From: Octopus sinensis
Taxonomy: Eukaryota
Reading direction: 5' to 3'
Assembly: GCF_006345805.1 (NCBI RefSeq)
Contig: NC_043021.1
Coordinates: 2,914,001-2,978,000 of the forward strand
Length of the DNA stretch: 64,000 bases
The first letter of the stretch is position 1. Each line of letters opens with the position of its first letter. Below the pieces are notes generated by a model. It worked only from the letters and a program-made list of their open reading frames with translations. It was not told where the DNA came from and ran no database searches. The position numbers were made by a program, and so were the translations under genes. Shown here piece after piece: positions 11,525 through 24,092 of this stretch.

Positions 11525-11787
11525 GTGTGTGTGTGTGTCTTTGTGTCTGTGTTTGTGTGTCTGTGTTTGTGTGTTTGTGTTTGTCCCCTAGCATTGCTTG
11601 ACAACCGATGCTGGTGTGTTTATGTCCCCGTTACTTAGCAGTTTGGCAAAAGAGACCGATAGAATAAGTACTGGGCTTACAAAAGAATAAGCCCCAGGAT
11701 CGAGTTGCTCGATTAAAGGTGGTGCTCCAGCATGGCCGATGTCAAATGACTGAAACAAGTAAAAGCGTAAAGAGAGAGTAAAAGAGT
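11525..11787 (+). mobile_element. SINE-A 3' half
   Basis: TGTCCCCTAGCATTGCTTGAC...GACTGAAACAAGTAAAAG. Confidence 0.85.
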
Positions 11788-12042
11788 ATATATTGGAATG
11801 AAACCATGTTGTCTTCAAAACATATGTTGAGAGTAAAGGAATTTTGTTAACATCTTCGTTCGACTCCATTCTTTCATTTATACATATACAACACACAAAA
11901 TTCTGCACATGAACCCGGAGTTTCTACCATTGGACAGGTCGCTTCAACCGTGTTTCTGACGTGAATTTGCTACCCTGGTTTCGGTTCAACGAATTTTCCA
12001 TGCTGACGATAAACATAGGATAATTCATTCACCGATTTAAAT

Positions 12043-12075
<33 letters not shown>

Positions 12076-12706
12076 TAGATATATATATACATATATATAT
12101 ATGTCTGTTTGTATATATATATATATATATATATATATAACATCAAATAGCATAAATTTTAAAACTTCACTCATCAATGACAAAAAACAAAAAAAATTAC
12201 AGAATGGTATGAGAAGTAAGATGAGGTTGGAGGTGGTGGTGGTGGTGGTGGTGGTGGTGGTGGTGGCGGTGGGGGTGGCAACAGCAGCAGCAGCAGCAGT
12301 GGCAGAGTAACTGTCCCTTCTATCATTTTACCTGTCTTGCAAACTCCTTTCCATGAATATGTTAATTTTATTTTGTTATTCGGAATTTTTATAGGAATCA
12401 CCTGTGAGATTCACATTTAGATGCCAGGGTGATAGCACGGCAACATCTCTCTTTCTCTCTCTCTCATTATTTTTTTCTCTATATTGCTCTCTCTCTCTTT
12501 CTGTCAGTTAGTGACTATTTCGTTACAGTGCAAAGGTTAAGAGATCTGAAACAGTGATTAGTTGTATGTATGTATGTATGCCCATATATGTGTGTGTATG
12601 TATGTATGCCCATATATGTGTGTGTATGCATGCATAAAAGTGTACACATATTATGTCTATAATGTATGTATATATAATCGTATATAATGTATATGCGTGT
12701 ATAAAA

Positions 12707-12741
<35 letters not shown>

Positions 12742-12830
12742 AAAAAATACAAACTGGGACAAGAACGCAAAACATTTAGAAGACGATACAAAATAGTCTT
12801 TTTGGTCTTATATGTAAGTATATAGATATT

Positions 12831-13529
12831 TGGAAACGACATGCTGTACTGCATGGCATCCGTGCCAGAAGCTCCAATACAAACATTTCAGAGTGTTTGG
12901 GTGTCAATCTGAGAACAGTGCACTCTGAGAACATGTACCGAGAGTGATAAAAATCAAGCATCCAGTCAACATCATGGGGTTTGGAGTGATCACTAGTGAT
13001 GGCGACGTCATGCCTTCATTCATCTTCCCACACAGCCTCAGATTCAACATCAAGTGACCAGAGGAGGTAGTGCTGCTCTGGGTCAAGAGCGTGGCTGCTG
13101 GAAGATTCTATGTCTGGCAACAGGACTTTGCACCATGCCACACAAGCAGGAGAACCCAGTCATGGCTGTCAGATAATTTCTGCAACTACATCACCCCTAA
13201 CATCTGCAACCCCCTTGATTGTTATGCGTGGGGCACAATTGAGTGAGAGACCAACAAAACTCCTTGCAATACCAAAGATGAACTGAAGACAAGGATTATG
13301 ACAGCATTCACCAACTTAAACAAGGAGACCGTCCAGAACAGTTGCAGGAGATTCCGAAGTGTCTAAGGCCGTGGTTGAAGCCAGTGGCGATTTTTATTGA
13401 ATAAACTTATTCTTTAGTATTTCAAGATATTTTAATGTAATTGTGGTGTAAATATATCTGTTAAAATTAGATGCCAGTGTTATTTTCATCTTTGCATAAT
13501 TTAAATGACAGTTTATTCATCGCACCCTG
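12831..13529 (+). pseudogene. Decayed, internally deleted Tc1/mariner (maT/DD37D-like) transposase with right TIR
   Basis: KRHAVLHGIRARSSNTNISECLGVNLRTVH (HTH), then IMGFGVITSDG...YVWQQDFAPCHTS...NPLDCYAWGTIE*...VVEASGDF with stops and frameshifts; the right end is the reverse complement of TA-CAGGGTGCGATGAATAAACTG (13529-13531). Confidence 0.85.
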
Positions 13530-13580
13530 TATATATAAATGCATATATATTACATCTATATATATATATTACATCTATAT

Positions 13581-13891
13581 ATCATCATCGTTTAACGTCC
13601 GTTCTCCATGCTAGCATGGGTTGGACGGTTCGACCGGGGATCTGGGAAGCCAGAAGGCTGCACCAGGCTCCAGTCTGATCTGGCAGTGTTTCTACAGTTG
13701 GATGCCCTTCCTAATGCCAACTACTCCATGAGTGTAGTGGGTGCTTTTTATGTGCCAGGCGAGGCTGGCAACGGCCACGATCGGATTGGTGCATTTTACG
13801 TGCCACCGGAACGGAAGCCAGTCAAGGCGGCACTGGCATCGGCCACGATTCGGATGGTGCTTTTTACATGCCACCGGCACGGAAGCCAGTC
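13581..13891 (-). mobile_element. Family C LINE 3' UTR with 2-3 minisatellite units
   Basis: ATCATCATCGTTTAACGTCCGTTCTCCATGCTAGC... followed by GTGCCA-core units. Confidence 0.8.
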
Positions 13892-13938
13892 TATATATAT
13901 ATGTATAAATGTAAATATATTATATATATATGTGTGTG

Positions 13939-14002
<64 letters not shown>

Positions 14003-15196
14003 CTATATATATATATATATATTATGTATACATGTAATATATATATATGTGTGTACATGTGTGTGTGTGTGTGAAATGAAAGGTAGAATGTAAGAAGGAA
14101 CCAAATGATAACAAAGTAGATAATTGACTGAGTGCCAGATAGTAACGTGCCTGACTATTTCGAAAAGTCAAGGCAAACGACATGTCTGTTCATCTGCTGC
14201 TTCTGTGGAAAAAGAAGAAAATAAAGCAAAAAAAAAAATGTTAAAAAGTAGAAAACACTATCGTTAGTAAAACGGCTGCTACCATTGCTGCTGCTGTGTC
14301 GTGTGAAATTAGTTTAGAAAATTCAATAACGTCAACTAAAAATTTCATGAAAACGCCTTGCAAGCATACGTATGCGTTAATGTATGTGTTGTGTAACCAT
14401 GCTGTGAGTGAATGCATGTGTTGTGTGGACATGCAGTGTGTGTGTGTGTGTATGTATGTATGTGTCAGTTGCAACACTGGTTTTCCTTTTTTTTTTTTTT
14501 TTTTTTTTTGTTTAATGCCTTCTTCAAGAGGATGAACAAAACTTAGGAAGTCTAAGAATCTTTTGACTGTGCGAGTGTGCACACATGTGACAGATTGAGA
14601 GTCTAGCTAGCATGCTTGTGTCTTCTCTCTGAATAGGAGAGGAAGGACTGACACAATAACTTTGTAGGTTTTTGTGCTATTTTTTTTTTCAATCTTTATT
14701 TGTTTTTTTTACAAAATTTGATTTCCAAAGATATTTCTCAAAGAGTAAGTGCTGATGATTTTCCTTCAAGAGAGCTTGCTATACCTGTAGTTTTCAACCA
14801 GGGTCCATGCAAGCAATACAGTAAATTGAGTTCACGAGCTGCATAGTGACCTCACTAGTAGAGGTGCCATGAAAAAAAAGCATCTAGTACACTCTGTAAA
14901 ATGGTTGGCATTAAGAAGGACATCCAGTCACAGAAACTGGAGCACAATGCAATCCTCAGGTTCATCAGATTCTGTCAAACCATTTATTTTTTATAATTAT
15001 AATACAATTAATATATATTGATTATTCTATTATTCTTGAAATTGGCGTTATTCTTAAACCCCAAAAAACTCATTCACCAGTCAGCATCATTAGACTGTGG
15101 CCGGCATAATGGAATAGAAGCTTTATTTGCATAGTCAAAACGTTTCGCCGTAAACAAATTTTATATGTGTGTGTGTATATATATATATATATATTA

Positions 15197-15303
15197 TTTC
15201 ACGTGACCGACCAGACCATCAGATGTTGCTACACATCGCTGGTCACAATGCATTCACATTGTTTTAGCCTTCAAATGATGCCACCCCACTGGCTAGCGAG
15301 CAC

Positions 15304-15306
<3 letters not shown>
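15197..15306 (-). mobile_element. 3' tail of SINE family E (5'-truncated)
   Basis: Reverse complement matches 56510-56624. Confidence 0.75.
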
Positions 15307-15344
<38 letters not shown>

Positions 15345-16476
15345 ACACATTTATATATATAGTGACGGAAAGAAAAAGCTTACGTCATTATCACGGTGGA
15401 AAACAAGCCAGGTGTTAAGGAGTGCCAAGCAGCGAAATATTGAACAAAAACCAAGCCGTCCAACTAACTGAATGGATGTGGATTTAATTATTATTTCAGT
15501 AGGTTCTCAGTGCCATGACACAGATATCTAATCTACACTGTCACCAGTTGAATGGACTGTGAACACTGAATTGCCAGCATGTACGTTTTCATTGTTCCGT
15601 TCTCCAACTAGTCTCTGGAATAATACATAGCAAGGAAATGCTTAAATACTATGATCCATCCATCCATCTATACAAACATATATCCACTTTGTATTTTCCA
15701 AGAGATTATCGTTAAGGCATAATAAATACAGAGACGTACAAAGTGCCCCATTCAAATACGTATAGAAACTGAATTCTGAGAAAAGTATTTGAACACGCAT
15801 GCGCATTCTACTGCTTCGACATTGCTTTTTTTTTTTTGCTTTTTTTATGTGAGTGGTGGGGAGAGGTGACATTGATTATTATTTTCATGATTGATTGATA
15901 TTGGTTTGTTTGTATAACAGCTATAACATGCAGTCTTTCAGAATTTGTGTTCGTGACAAGCAATCTTTGGAGAATTTTATTACTATGACTATGCTTTCTT
16001 CCTCCATATTCTTCTTCTTCTTCTTCTTCTTTAGATTGCTTGAGTAATCAAGTTGTTAGTGCTACTTGGCAGATAGTCAGTCATTTGAGCAATCTACAAA
16101 CACTTTTTTTCTATTTATTTATCAGGAAAGTTTTCAGTTCCCTTCAATAATTATTCCACGCACGACGGTTTCGATTCCCATTTGTGGCCATTGTACTTCC
16201 TAACATACATTGATGCATTACAGCCATTGATTAAATAATTACATAAAAGAATAAAAAAAAAATATTGTTGAAATAGTCTCCGTTCTAAATTGCAAAGTTT
16301 GCAATTTTCCTTTAATTTATATCTATATATATTTTTTATTCGCTATCTCCATGATCAAAATATAACGACTTCGTATTTTCTCTTTAAACTGTTGAGAACA
16401 TTTAGAAAACTTTTTTATAATGAGCAGAGTCGTCGTGGCGGCATCATAAGCCCCTGAACAAATCAACACACTCGAC

Positions 16477-16678
16477 CAGTGGTTTTCAACCAGGGTTCCG
16501 CCAGTACAGTCCAGGGGTTCCGCAAGATGTTACAAAAACTGCTAAAATCGGCAGTAATTTTTAATTCTCCTGTGCAGACATGTGTGCATAAGACAATTAA
16601 ATTATTGCACAGGGGTTCCTCGAGCCAGTGGAATGTTTCCTTGGGGTTCTGCTCCAGCAAAAAGTTTGAAAAGCACTG
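16477..16678. mobile_element. hAT (Charlie-like) MITE, 202 bp
   Basis: TIRs CAGTGGTTTTCAACC and GTTTGAAAAGCACTG (13/15 match); 8-bp TSD CACTCGAC/CACTAGAC. Confidence 0.85.
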
Positions 16679-17414
16679 CACTAGACACAAGAGAGATAGA
16701 TCACAATTGGGCTGCTTGGCTCGCAAGAACCCCGGGTAACTGCCCACTGTACCCATACCTTAAAATGGCACTGACTATGAAGAAAATAAAATTCTACTGT
16801 ATGCCATGGTTTTATAGATATCGCTGAGGCGTTTCACTCGGCTCCTCAATCTTTCTTTCTCATTAACTTTGAAATTATACGACCGTCTGTCTGTGCAAGC
16901 AATGGATAATTATATCTAGTTTCAATTCCCGGTTGTAGTCATTTGGTTTCCATGGCATCGTTAATAAAGGCGAAATGATTGTGTGAAAAGTAAAATCGCA
17001 AGTACGTCTTGTTGCTTCGTTCACATAGTTAATGCTCTCGACTAGACAAAGTCATGAACAACATGGCTTCCAATCTCTCCCTCTCTCTCTCTCTCTCCCT
17101 CTCTCCCCTCCTCACTGTTTAACCATCACACGTTTGTCTACGAAAGAAATAGATAATGCGTTCTAACTTCAATTCCCGGTTGTAGCCATTTCGTTTGAAT
17201 TGCATCGCTATTAGAAACGAAATGGGATAGATAAACCAACGAGTTTGTGAGTACAAATTTGCTGGGATATCAGACACAAACTGACATTGTGTGTGTAAGT
17301 GTATCACAATATAAGACTTATGAAGTATGTATAAATATATACTCTATCTATCTATCTATCTCCATCCGTCCATATATCGTGTGTGTATGTATGTGTGTGT
17401 GTTTGTGTGTGTGT

Positions 17415-17445
<31 letters not shown>

Positions 17446-17526
17446 AATGGGGGTACTTTTTGGTTATCTCACCCCCATTAAAATATTGGGTTATCTCTCC
17501 ATGTTTTATGAGAAATAGTAGTACTT

Positions 17527-17735
17527 AGCTGGCAGAAACGTTAGCACGCCTGGCGAAATGCTGAGCGGTATTTCGTCTGCCGTTACGTTCTGAGTTCAAA
17601 TTCCGCCGAGGTTGACTTTGCCTTTCATCCTTTCGGGATCGATTAAATAAGTACCAGTTACGCACTGGGGTCGATATAATCGACTTAATCCGTTTGTCTG
17701 TCCTTGTTTGTCCCTTCTGTGTTTAGCCCATTGTG
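17527..17735 (+). mobile_element. SINE-B monomer
   Basis: AGCTGGCAGAAACGTTAGCACG...GAGTTCAAATTCCGCCGAGG...GTTTAGCCC. Confidence 0.9.
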
Positions 17736-18054
17736 CACAGAAATATGCCAAAACCAAGAAAGACCTGAGGGGAAATAAGCAGATGTTATTGCCAGAAATG
17801 TGGTGCTTACCAAATCTAAAGACTCAACTCTTTTGATGATGTGACAATGCTAGTAACAAGGATTTCTTAGATTGGTACAAAGCCAGGACTTTTGTTGTGG
17901 ACAGGAATAGTCTACGATTGGCACTTGTTTTATTAGTGATGTAAAAAGACAATTGTGGTGTTTCTTTGAACACAGGATATAATGGGATGTAACTCAAATA
18001 CTATTAGGTCCTGTATCATTTCTATCATTTCAACACTTTTATCATTATTTTTTA

Positions 18055-18057
18055 AGG

Positions 18058-18110
<53 letters not shown>

Positions 18111-18336
18111 GATGATTATGATTATTATTATTATCTTTTTTTTTCCTCTTCTTTCAAACTTGCTTCCATTTCTTGCCGAGTGTCTTCCCGACTCCTAGGG
18201 CAAAGAAACTCATAGTATACATTGGTAGGCCATTAAACTAAACTCGCTAGTTCGTTCATTTTTTTTTTTTTTTTTTTTTAAAGTTAAATTAAAATACATG
18301 GGTATTACAACATCTTTTAGCTGAAAGGAGAGACTC

Positions 18337-18381
<45 letters not shown>

Positions 18382-18416
18382 TACTATTACTATTACTATT
18401 ATTATTATTATTATTA

Positions 18417-18450
<34 letters not shown>
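18055..18450. repeat. Two (ATT)n tracts (about 18055-18135 and 18340-18450)
   Basis: Seen directly. Confidence 0.9.
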
Positions 18451-18454
<4 letters not shown>

Positions 18455-19424
18455 TTACACTAGTAAATATCACAAGATATTTTTCCTTCTGTTGAATATG
18501 TGTGCTCCCCAACTCTTATGGAGAGCAATTTACAAATATTTTAACTGTAAAAGATTAGTTTAATGAATATCATCTCTAATCATATTTTTTTCTTTTTTTT
18601 TTTAAATGAATTAATTAGAAGTCTTCTTTTCAGTTAAATAAGAGAAAGCCATTAAACTCCCTTTTTTTGTGTATCACTAACAGGAAACAAGGAAAAAAGC
18701 AATTTGCTCCCATCCAAGACAAAAAAACATATATACCTTTTAAGTTTTTTTGTTTTCCTTTTCCAACGAAACAGCTGAAGCTTGTGAAATATTTACAGAA
18801 ACTAAGGACTACGGTGTGAAAATTGCTCATCGTGAAAGCAAAGATGTTTGATAGATTTTCATGATAAACGGAGAGAACAGAAGAGACCAGAAAATAAAAG
18901 GAAAAAATGAGATGCTAAGGAGAATTCTTTTTGGCTGATATTGAAGTGAATCGCTTTTGTAATACAGTCGAAACTTTCAAGAAGTAGCATATTCAACTGG
19001 GAATACCCTATTCAAGAAATTGAGGTGGATGGGTGGGTGGGTGGGTGCTGATAAGAGTGCGTATTCGGGATTTTGTGATTTTTAAATGATTTTGTTCATT
19101 CCAAGTGCAAAATACGATCTACGTGGTGTGAAAAAAATAAAATAATAATAAAGTGAAGAATCATGTTATCTCCCGTACTCTGGTGCAGGTGCATTAGATA
19201 ATCGATAAGCTGTGGATAGGTGAGTCAATGTTGTTAGTTCAATTCCTAGTTGAGGTATATCAATCCATTCACTCCTGATATCCAGAAGGTGTAGTCAGTA
19301 GTCATAGAGGACCGTGTATTTGTGTTTCCAGTTTGAGCATGATGGGGTTTTATTAATAAAGTGTATGTAATATATTTTTATGCTCAGGATGCAACTGTAG
19401 CTTATTTTCAGGTTATCATCATCA

Positions 19425-19770
19425 TCACCATAATCATCATCATCATCATCATCATCATTATCATCAACATTTAATGACTATTTTCCATGCTGGTATGGGT
19501 TGGATAACTTGACAGGAACTGGTAAGGCCAGGGTTTGAACCAGGTTCCTTGGTCTGTTTTAGCTTGGTTTCTATGGCTGGATGCCATTCCTAATGCCAAC
19601 CACTTCACAGAGTGTTCTAAGTGCTTTTTATGTGGCACCGTCACTCACACTAATATTTTTCCATGGCACCTTGGTCTTAGGATCTCAATTCTGTTGTGGT
19701 GGGCAAGTCTCTCAAGAACAGCAATCTCAAGTACAACATATCTCAGTCCTTTGTCATCTCCTTCATAAGG
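19425..19770 (-). mobile_element. Family C RTE LINE 3' end (coding remnant, UTR and tail), degraded
   Basis: Reverse complement is similar to 3880-4262, including CCCACCACAACAGAATTGAG. Confidence 0.7.
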
Positions 19771-20184
19771 TTCATATGAGCAAGTGTCTTCTACTGTAGC
19801 CTTGTGAGTGGATTTGGCAGATAGAAACTGAAAGAAGCGCATTGCATATATATGTGTGGGTGTGAGTGTTTCTTTGCAAATTGTAAAATTCATGTTTGCG
19901 TGATCACCTATATGTTGTAGTCTGCAATTTTTGTCATGGATAGAAGTCTGCTACAGAGATATTGAGCATGCTTTGGCAAGCTTACAGCAATGAGGGTACT
20001 GCTCATGCAAGATGTTTCTTGTGGCACGGGTGCTTCAAAAGTAGAACACTCCTGTAAGATGATGAGCGATCTGGAAGACTTTCCACAAGTGTCACCACCA
20101 GAAATGTGGTATTGTGAATTGAGAATTCATCCCTCAGGACCAGACCATCAGTTGAGAGTTCAGCATGGATCTATGCATGCTTGA

Positions 20185-21334
20185 CAAGAAAGACAGTCCC
20201 AATAAAACCGAAAATGCATTTGGCCTAGGTGGGAATGTTGTCCTTGGTCTCCTTGATGCTGTAGGAGTATCAGACAATAAAGGTTTCAAAACATTTTTGA
20301 TAATTATTTTTCACAAATATCCAACCGATGGAGAAACTTTCTGAGAAAGGAATATATGCATCAGGAACCTGCAGAGAAAATAGGATGGCTAGATATCCTT
20401 TCAAAACGAAAACTGAAATGAAAGCATGCCCCAGGGGAACAGTTGACTTCAAATATAGTCGCTGTGAAATGGAAAGATAATGACGATGTTGTTCTGCTAT
20501 CAAACTTTGAAACCTATAAAATGTCCACTGTTGAGCGCTATGATAGACCTCAAAAGAAATATGTTCCAATTCCACAGCCTGAAAACATCCAAAACTACAA
20601 CAAATATATGGATTTGTTGACCTTCTGGATCATAACATCGGTTCCTATGGGATTCAAATGTGGCAAAATAAATGGTGGTGGCCTATTTTTCATATTTTGT
20701 ATCTGTGGCAACCCAAAATGCATGCATCTTGATGAATAGAGCAGGGCACAAAATTACATGATACAATTTCGTTGAAAACATTTCTCTAACTCTATTGGCA
20801 CTCCAAAGTTTCAAGGAAAACACACATCTGCTCATTTGAAAGATGATGCAAAATATGATGGTGTTGAGCATTGGATTGAATATATCCCAAATGAAAGGAG
20901 ATGCAAAGAGTGCTCTGGGAAAAGTCATTTCATATGGGAAAAATGTGATGTAGGAGTTTATCCCAAATGTTTCAAGAAGCATCATGTTCAGTAAAGCTGT
21001 AGAGTTTCATTTCAAAAGGATATATTTTACAAAATAAATTTTCAGTTTTCATTAATATCTTATTTATATGAACAGGAATAATTTTCATAATAAAGTTATG
21101 GTCAGATAGAATACTTTTTATTAGCCTCTAAATAAGTAAATTGCACAGTTAACAAGCTTATTAAAGATTCATATGCACAGTGCCTAATCTCCGTTATAAC
21201 TGACAGTGATTATTTCAGGAAATATCAAACGGAGTTCAATGAATTTTTCTTTCACTTGATATTTAGGTCAACATAATAGTACCTGTGAATTTCCAGGCAA
21301 TTTCATTCATTAGAAAAATTTCATCACGAATGGG
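20185..21334 (+). pseudogene. Decayed piggyBac (PGBD2/3-like) transposase with right end
   Basis: GLGGNVV, FDNYFS, GTCRENR, AVKWKDND, NYNKYM, NKWWWPIF and C-terminal RYDG-like KYDGVEHW...RRCKEC...KCDV...CFKKHH*, with frameshifts; the right end is the reverse complement of CCCATT followed by TTGA (degenerate TTAA) at 21335-21338. Confidence 0.9.
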
Positions 21335-21338
21335 TTGA

Positions 21339-21780
21339 GGCAGTGAGCTGTGGCAGGTAAAACACTTAGCAGCATTTTGTTCCTCTTTACATTCTGAGTT
21401 CAAATTCTGCTGAGGTCGACTTTGCCTTTCGTCCTTTCAGGGTCATTAAAATAAGCAATAAGTACCAGTTGATCACTGTGGTTACTATATATTTATTTAC
21501 TACCCACAAGGGGCTAAACACAGAAGGGACAAACGGATTAAGTCGGTTACATCGACCCCAGTGCGTAACTGGTATTTAATTTATCGACCCCGAAAAAATG
21601 AAAGGCAAAGTCAACCTCGGCGGAATTTGAACTCAGAATGTAGCGGCAGATGAAATACCGCTAACCATTTCGCCTGGCATGCTAACGTTTCTGCCAGCTC
21701 GCCGCCTGTGGTTAATATAATTGACTTACCCACTCCCCTAAGATTTCTGGCCCTGTACCAAAATTTGAAATCAATAATAT
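21339..21780 (+). mobile_element. Older SINE-B-like copy interrupted by a younger antisense SINE-B
   Basis: Head GGCAGTGAGCTGTGGCAG and GAGTTCAAATTC; the sequence resumes after 21714. Confidence 0.7.
21485..21705 (-). mobile_element. SINE-B monomer with 9-bp TSD
   Basis: CTGTGGTTA at 21476-21484 and 21706-21714. Confidence 0.9.
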
Positions 21781-21850
21781 TCTAGTTTAAGAATGTGTGT
21801 GTGTGTGGTGCATGTATGTGTGTGTGTGAGTGTTATATATCATATACATA

Positions 21851-22190
21851 CTTCGTTTGTGAAGGCACATGGTTCAGTGGTTAGAGCACCAGGTTCATAA
21901 ACATGAGGTAGTGAGTTCGACTCCTGGACCAGGTTGTGTGTTGTGTTCTTGAGCAAGACACTTTATTTCACATTACTCCAGTTCAATCAGCTGTAGAAAT
22001 GTGTTGCAATATCATTGGTGCCAAGCTGTATCGGCCTTTGCGATTCTCTTGGATAACATCAGTGGTATGGAGGGGGGAGGCTGGTATGCATGGGCGACTG
22101 CTGGTCTTCCATAAACAACCTTGCCCAGACTTATGACTCGGAGGAGAACTTTCTAGGTGCAATCCTATGGTCATTCATGGCCCTTCTTTA
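21851..22190 (+). mobile_element. tRNA-derived SINE, family F
   Basis: GTGAAGGCACATGGTTCAGTGGTTAG...GAGTTCGACTCC...TTCTTGAGCAAGACACTTTA; a reverse-complement copy lies at 39425-39752. Confidence 0.8.
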
Positions 22191-22249
22191 ACTGACATGT
22201 TTATTTCTTTTGCTTTTCTTTTTTTATCATCTCTCATTTTCTAAAAAAA

Positions 22250-22530
22250 TTATTCTTAATATTTTATTTTCAGTGATAATATTTTTATTCTTAATTATCT
22301 TAATATTTTATTTATTTTAATTATTTTAATTCATTTATTTATTTATTTTAATTACTTATTTATTTTATTAATTATTTATTTATTTTAATTATTTATTTTA
22401 ATTATTTTAATTTATTTATTTTAATTATTTATTTATTTTATTAATTATTAATTATTTATTTATTATTATTATTTATTTATTTTAATTTATTTATTTTAAT
22501 TATTTATTTTAATTATTCTTAATATTCTAT
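22250..22530. repeat. AT-only low-complexity tract (TTATTTTAA-like units)
   Basis: Seen directly. Confidence 0.9.
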
Positions 22531-22536
22531 TTCCAG

Positions 22537-22688
22537 TGATAAAGACTGCTCACAGCTACATATACTGGAACCAGCTTGGAAATTTCAGCGAAACCGCATG
22601 ACATTCGAAGAGGTCAACAATGTGTTCCAAGCTGTCCATGGCATGAGCTGTTGTCACCATTGCATAGTATACAATAATTTCCGTATCG
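22537..22688 (+). CDS. Candidate 152-nt internal exon, product unknown
   Basis: Non-repetitive, higher-GC island with TTCTATTTCCAG acceptor and G/GTAAGA donor; open frame DKDCSQLHILEPAWKFQRNRMTFEEVNNVFQAVHGMSCCHHCIVYNNFRI; no family recognised. Confidence 0.3.
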
Positions 22689-23004
22689 GTAAGAAGGTCC
22701 GCGACTTAATAATATGTGGCTTATCGTGGATCGGACATCCATTCAGGATTTCATACCAGCAAGAAGTTTTCGTTGACAGTCTTGTGACAAAAGAGAAACA
22801 ATAAACACAATTTTTTGCTATTTATAACTATAGCTACCATTGATATTGTTTATTCAGCCCTTGATGGGGCAGACTTGTTATCAAAGCATCTTCGACTCCT
22901 GACCAAACCAACTTATATACACAACATGGCTTCTGCAGAGTTTTGTCTATCAAATTCATTTGTCAGCCCTGGAGGTGTCTTGTTGAAGGTGTCATACAGC
23001 TCAA

Positions 23005-23419
23005 GGCGGCGAGCTGGCAGAAACGTTAGCACGCCGGGCGAAATGCATAGCCGTATTTCGTCTGCCGTTACATTCTGAGTTCAAATTCCGCCAAGGTCGA
23101 CTTTGCCTTTCATCCTTTCGGGGTCGATAAATTAAGTACCAGTTACGCACAGGGGTCGATGTAATTGACTTAATCCGTTTGTCTGTCCTTGTTTGTCCCC
23201 TCTGTGTTTAGCCCCTTGTGGGTAGTAAAGAAATACGTATTTCGTCTGCCGTTACGTTCTGAGTTCAAATTCCGCCGAGGTCAACTTTGCCTTTCATCCT
23301 TTCGGGGTCGATAAATTAAGTACCAATTACGCACAGGGGTCGATGTAATCGACTTAATCCGTTTGTCTGTCCTTGTTTGTCCCCTCTGTGTTTAGCCCCT
23401 TGTGGGTAGTAAGGAAATA
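23005..23419 (+). mobile_element. SINE-B dimer (head plus two units) with 12-bp TSD
   Basis: GGTGTCATACAG at 22988-22999 and 23420-23431; junction GAAATACGTATTTC at 23230-23243. Confidence 0.9.
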
Positions 23420-23422
23420 GGT

Positions 23423-23681
23423 GTCATACAGGGACATGAACACACCAATACCAGTTGTCAAGCAGTGGTGGGGGACAAACACAAAGACACACACACACAC
23501 AGATATATACGTATCTATACAATGGGATTCTTTCAGTTTCCATAAACCATGTCCTCTCACAAGGCTTTGGTCAGCCTGAGGCTATAGTAGAAAACACTTG
23601 CCCATGCAGTGGGACTGAACTCAGAACCATGCAGTTTGGAAGCAAGCTTCTTACGTGGCTTCTACACAGCTATGCCTGCAC
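23423..23681 (-). mobile_element. Older SINE-A fragment
   Basis: Diverged reverse-complement match to the head and body. Confidence 0.7.
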
Positions 23682-23700
23682 TTTCTTTTCTTCTTTTTTT

Positions 23701-24092
23701 CTTTTTTACTTGTTTCAGTCATTTGACTGTGGCCATGCTGGAGCACCGCCTTTAGTCGAGCAAATCGACCCCGGGACTTATTCTTTGTAAGCCCAGTACT
23801 TATTCTATCGGTCTCTTTTGCCGACCCGCTGAATTACGGGGACGTAAACACACCAGCATCAGTTGTCAAGCAATGCTAGGGGGGCAAACACAAACACACA
23901 CACACATATATATATTTACATATATACGACAGGCTTCTTTCAGTTTCCGTCTACCAAATCCACTCACAAGGCATTGGTCGGCTTGGGGCTATAGCAGAAG
24001 ACACTTGCCCAAGATGCCACGCAGTGGGACTGAACCCGGAACCATGTGGTTGGTAAGCAAGCTACTTACCACACAGCCACTCCTGCGCCTAT
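23701..24092 (-). mobile_element. Full-length young SINE-A
   Basis: Complete head-to-tail match to the other young copies. Confidence 0.9.

Noticed and set aside
15120-15155. CGAAACGTTT...AATAAA on the minus strand, resembling the 3' half of a Penelope-type hammerhead
   Set aside because: The CUGANGA half and stem II are absent.
17168-17190. TTCAATTCCCGGTTGTAGCCA as a tRNA 3' half
   Set aside because: There is no T-stem partner or 5' half upstream.
22640-22690. Minus-strand peptide YCILCNGDNSSCHG resembling an ADAMTS Cys-rich motif
   Set aside because: It is a short match in a frame closed by nearby stops, with no splice sites in that orientation.
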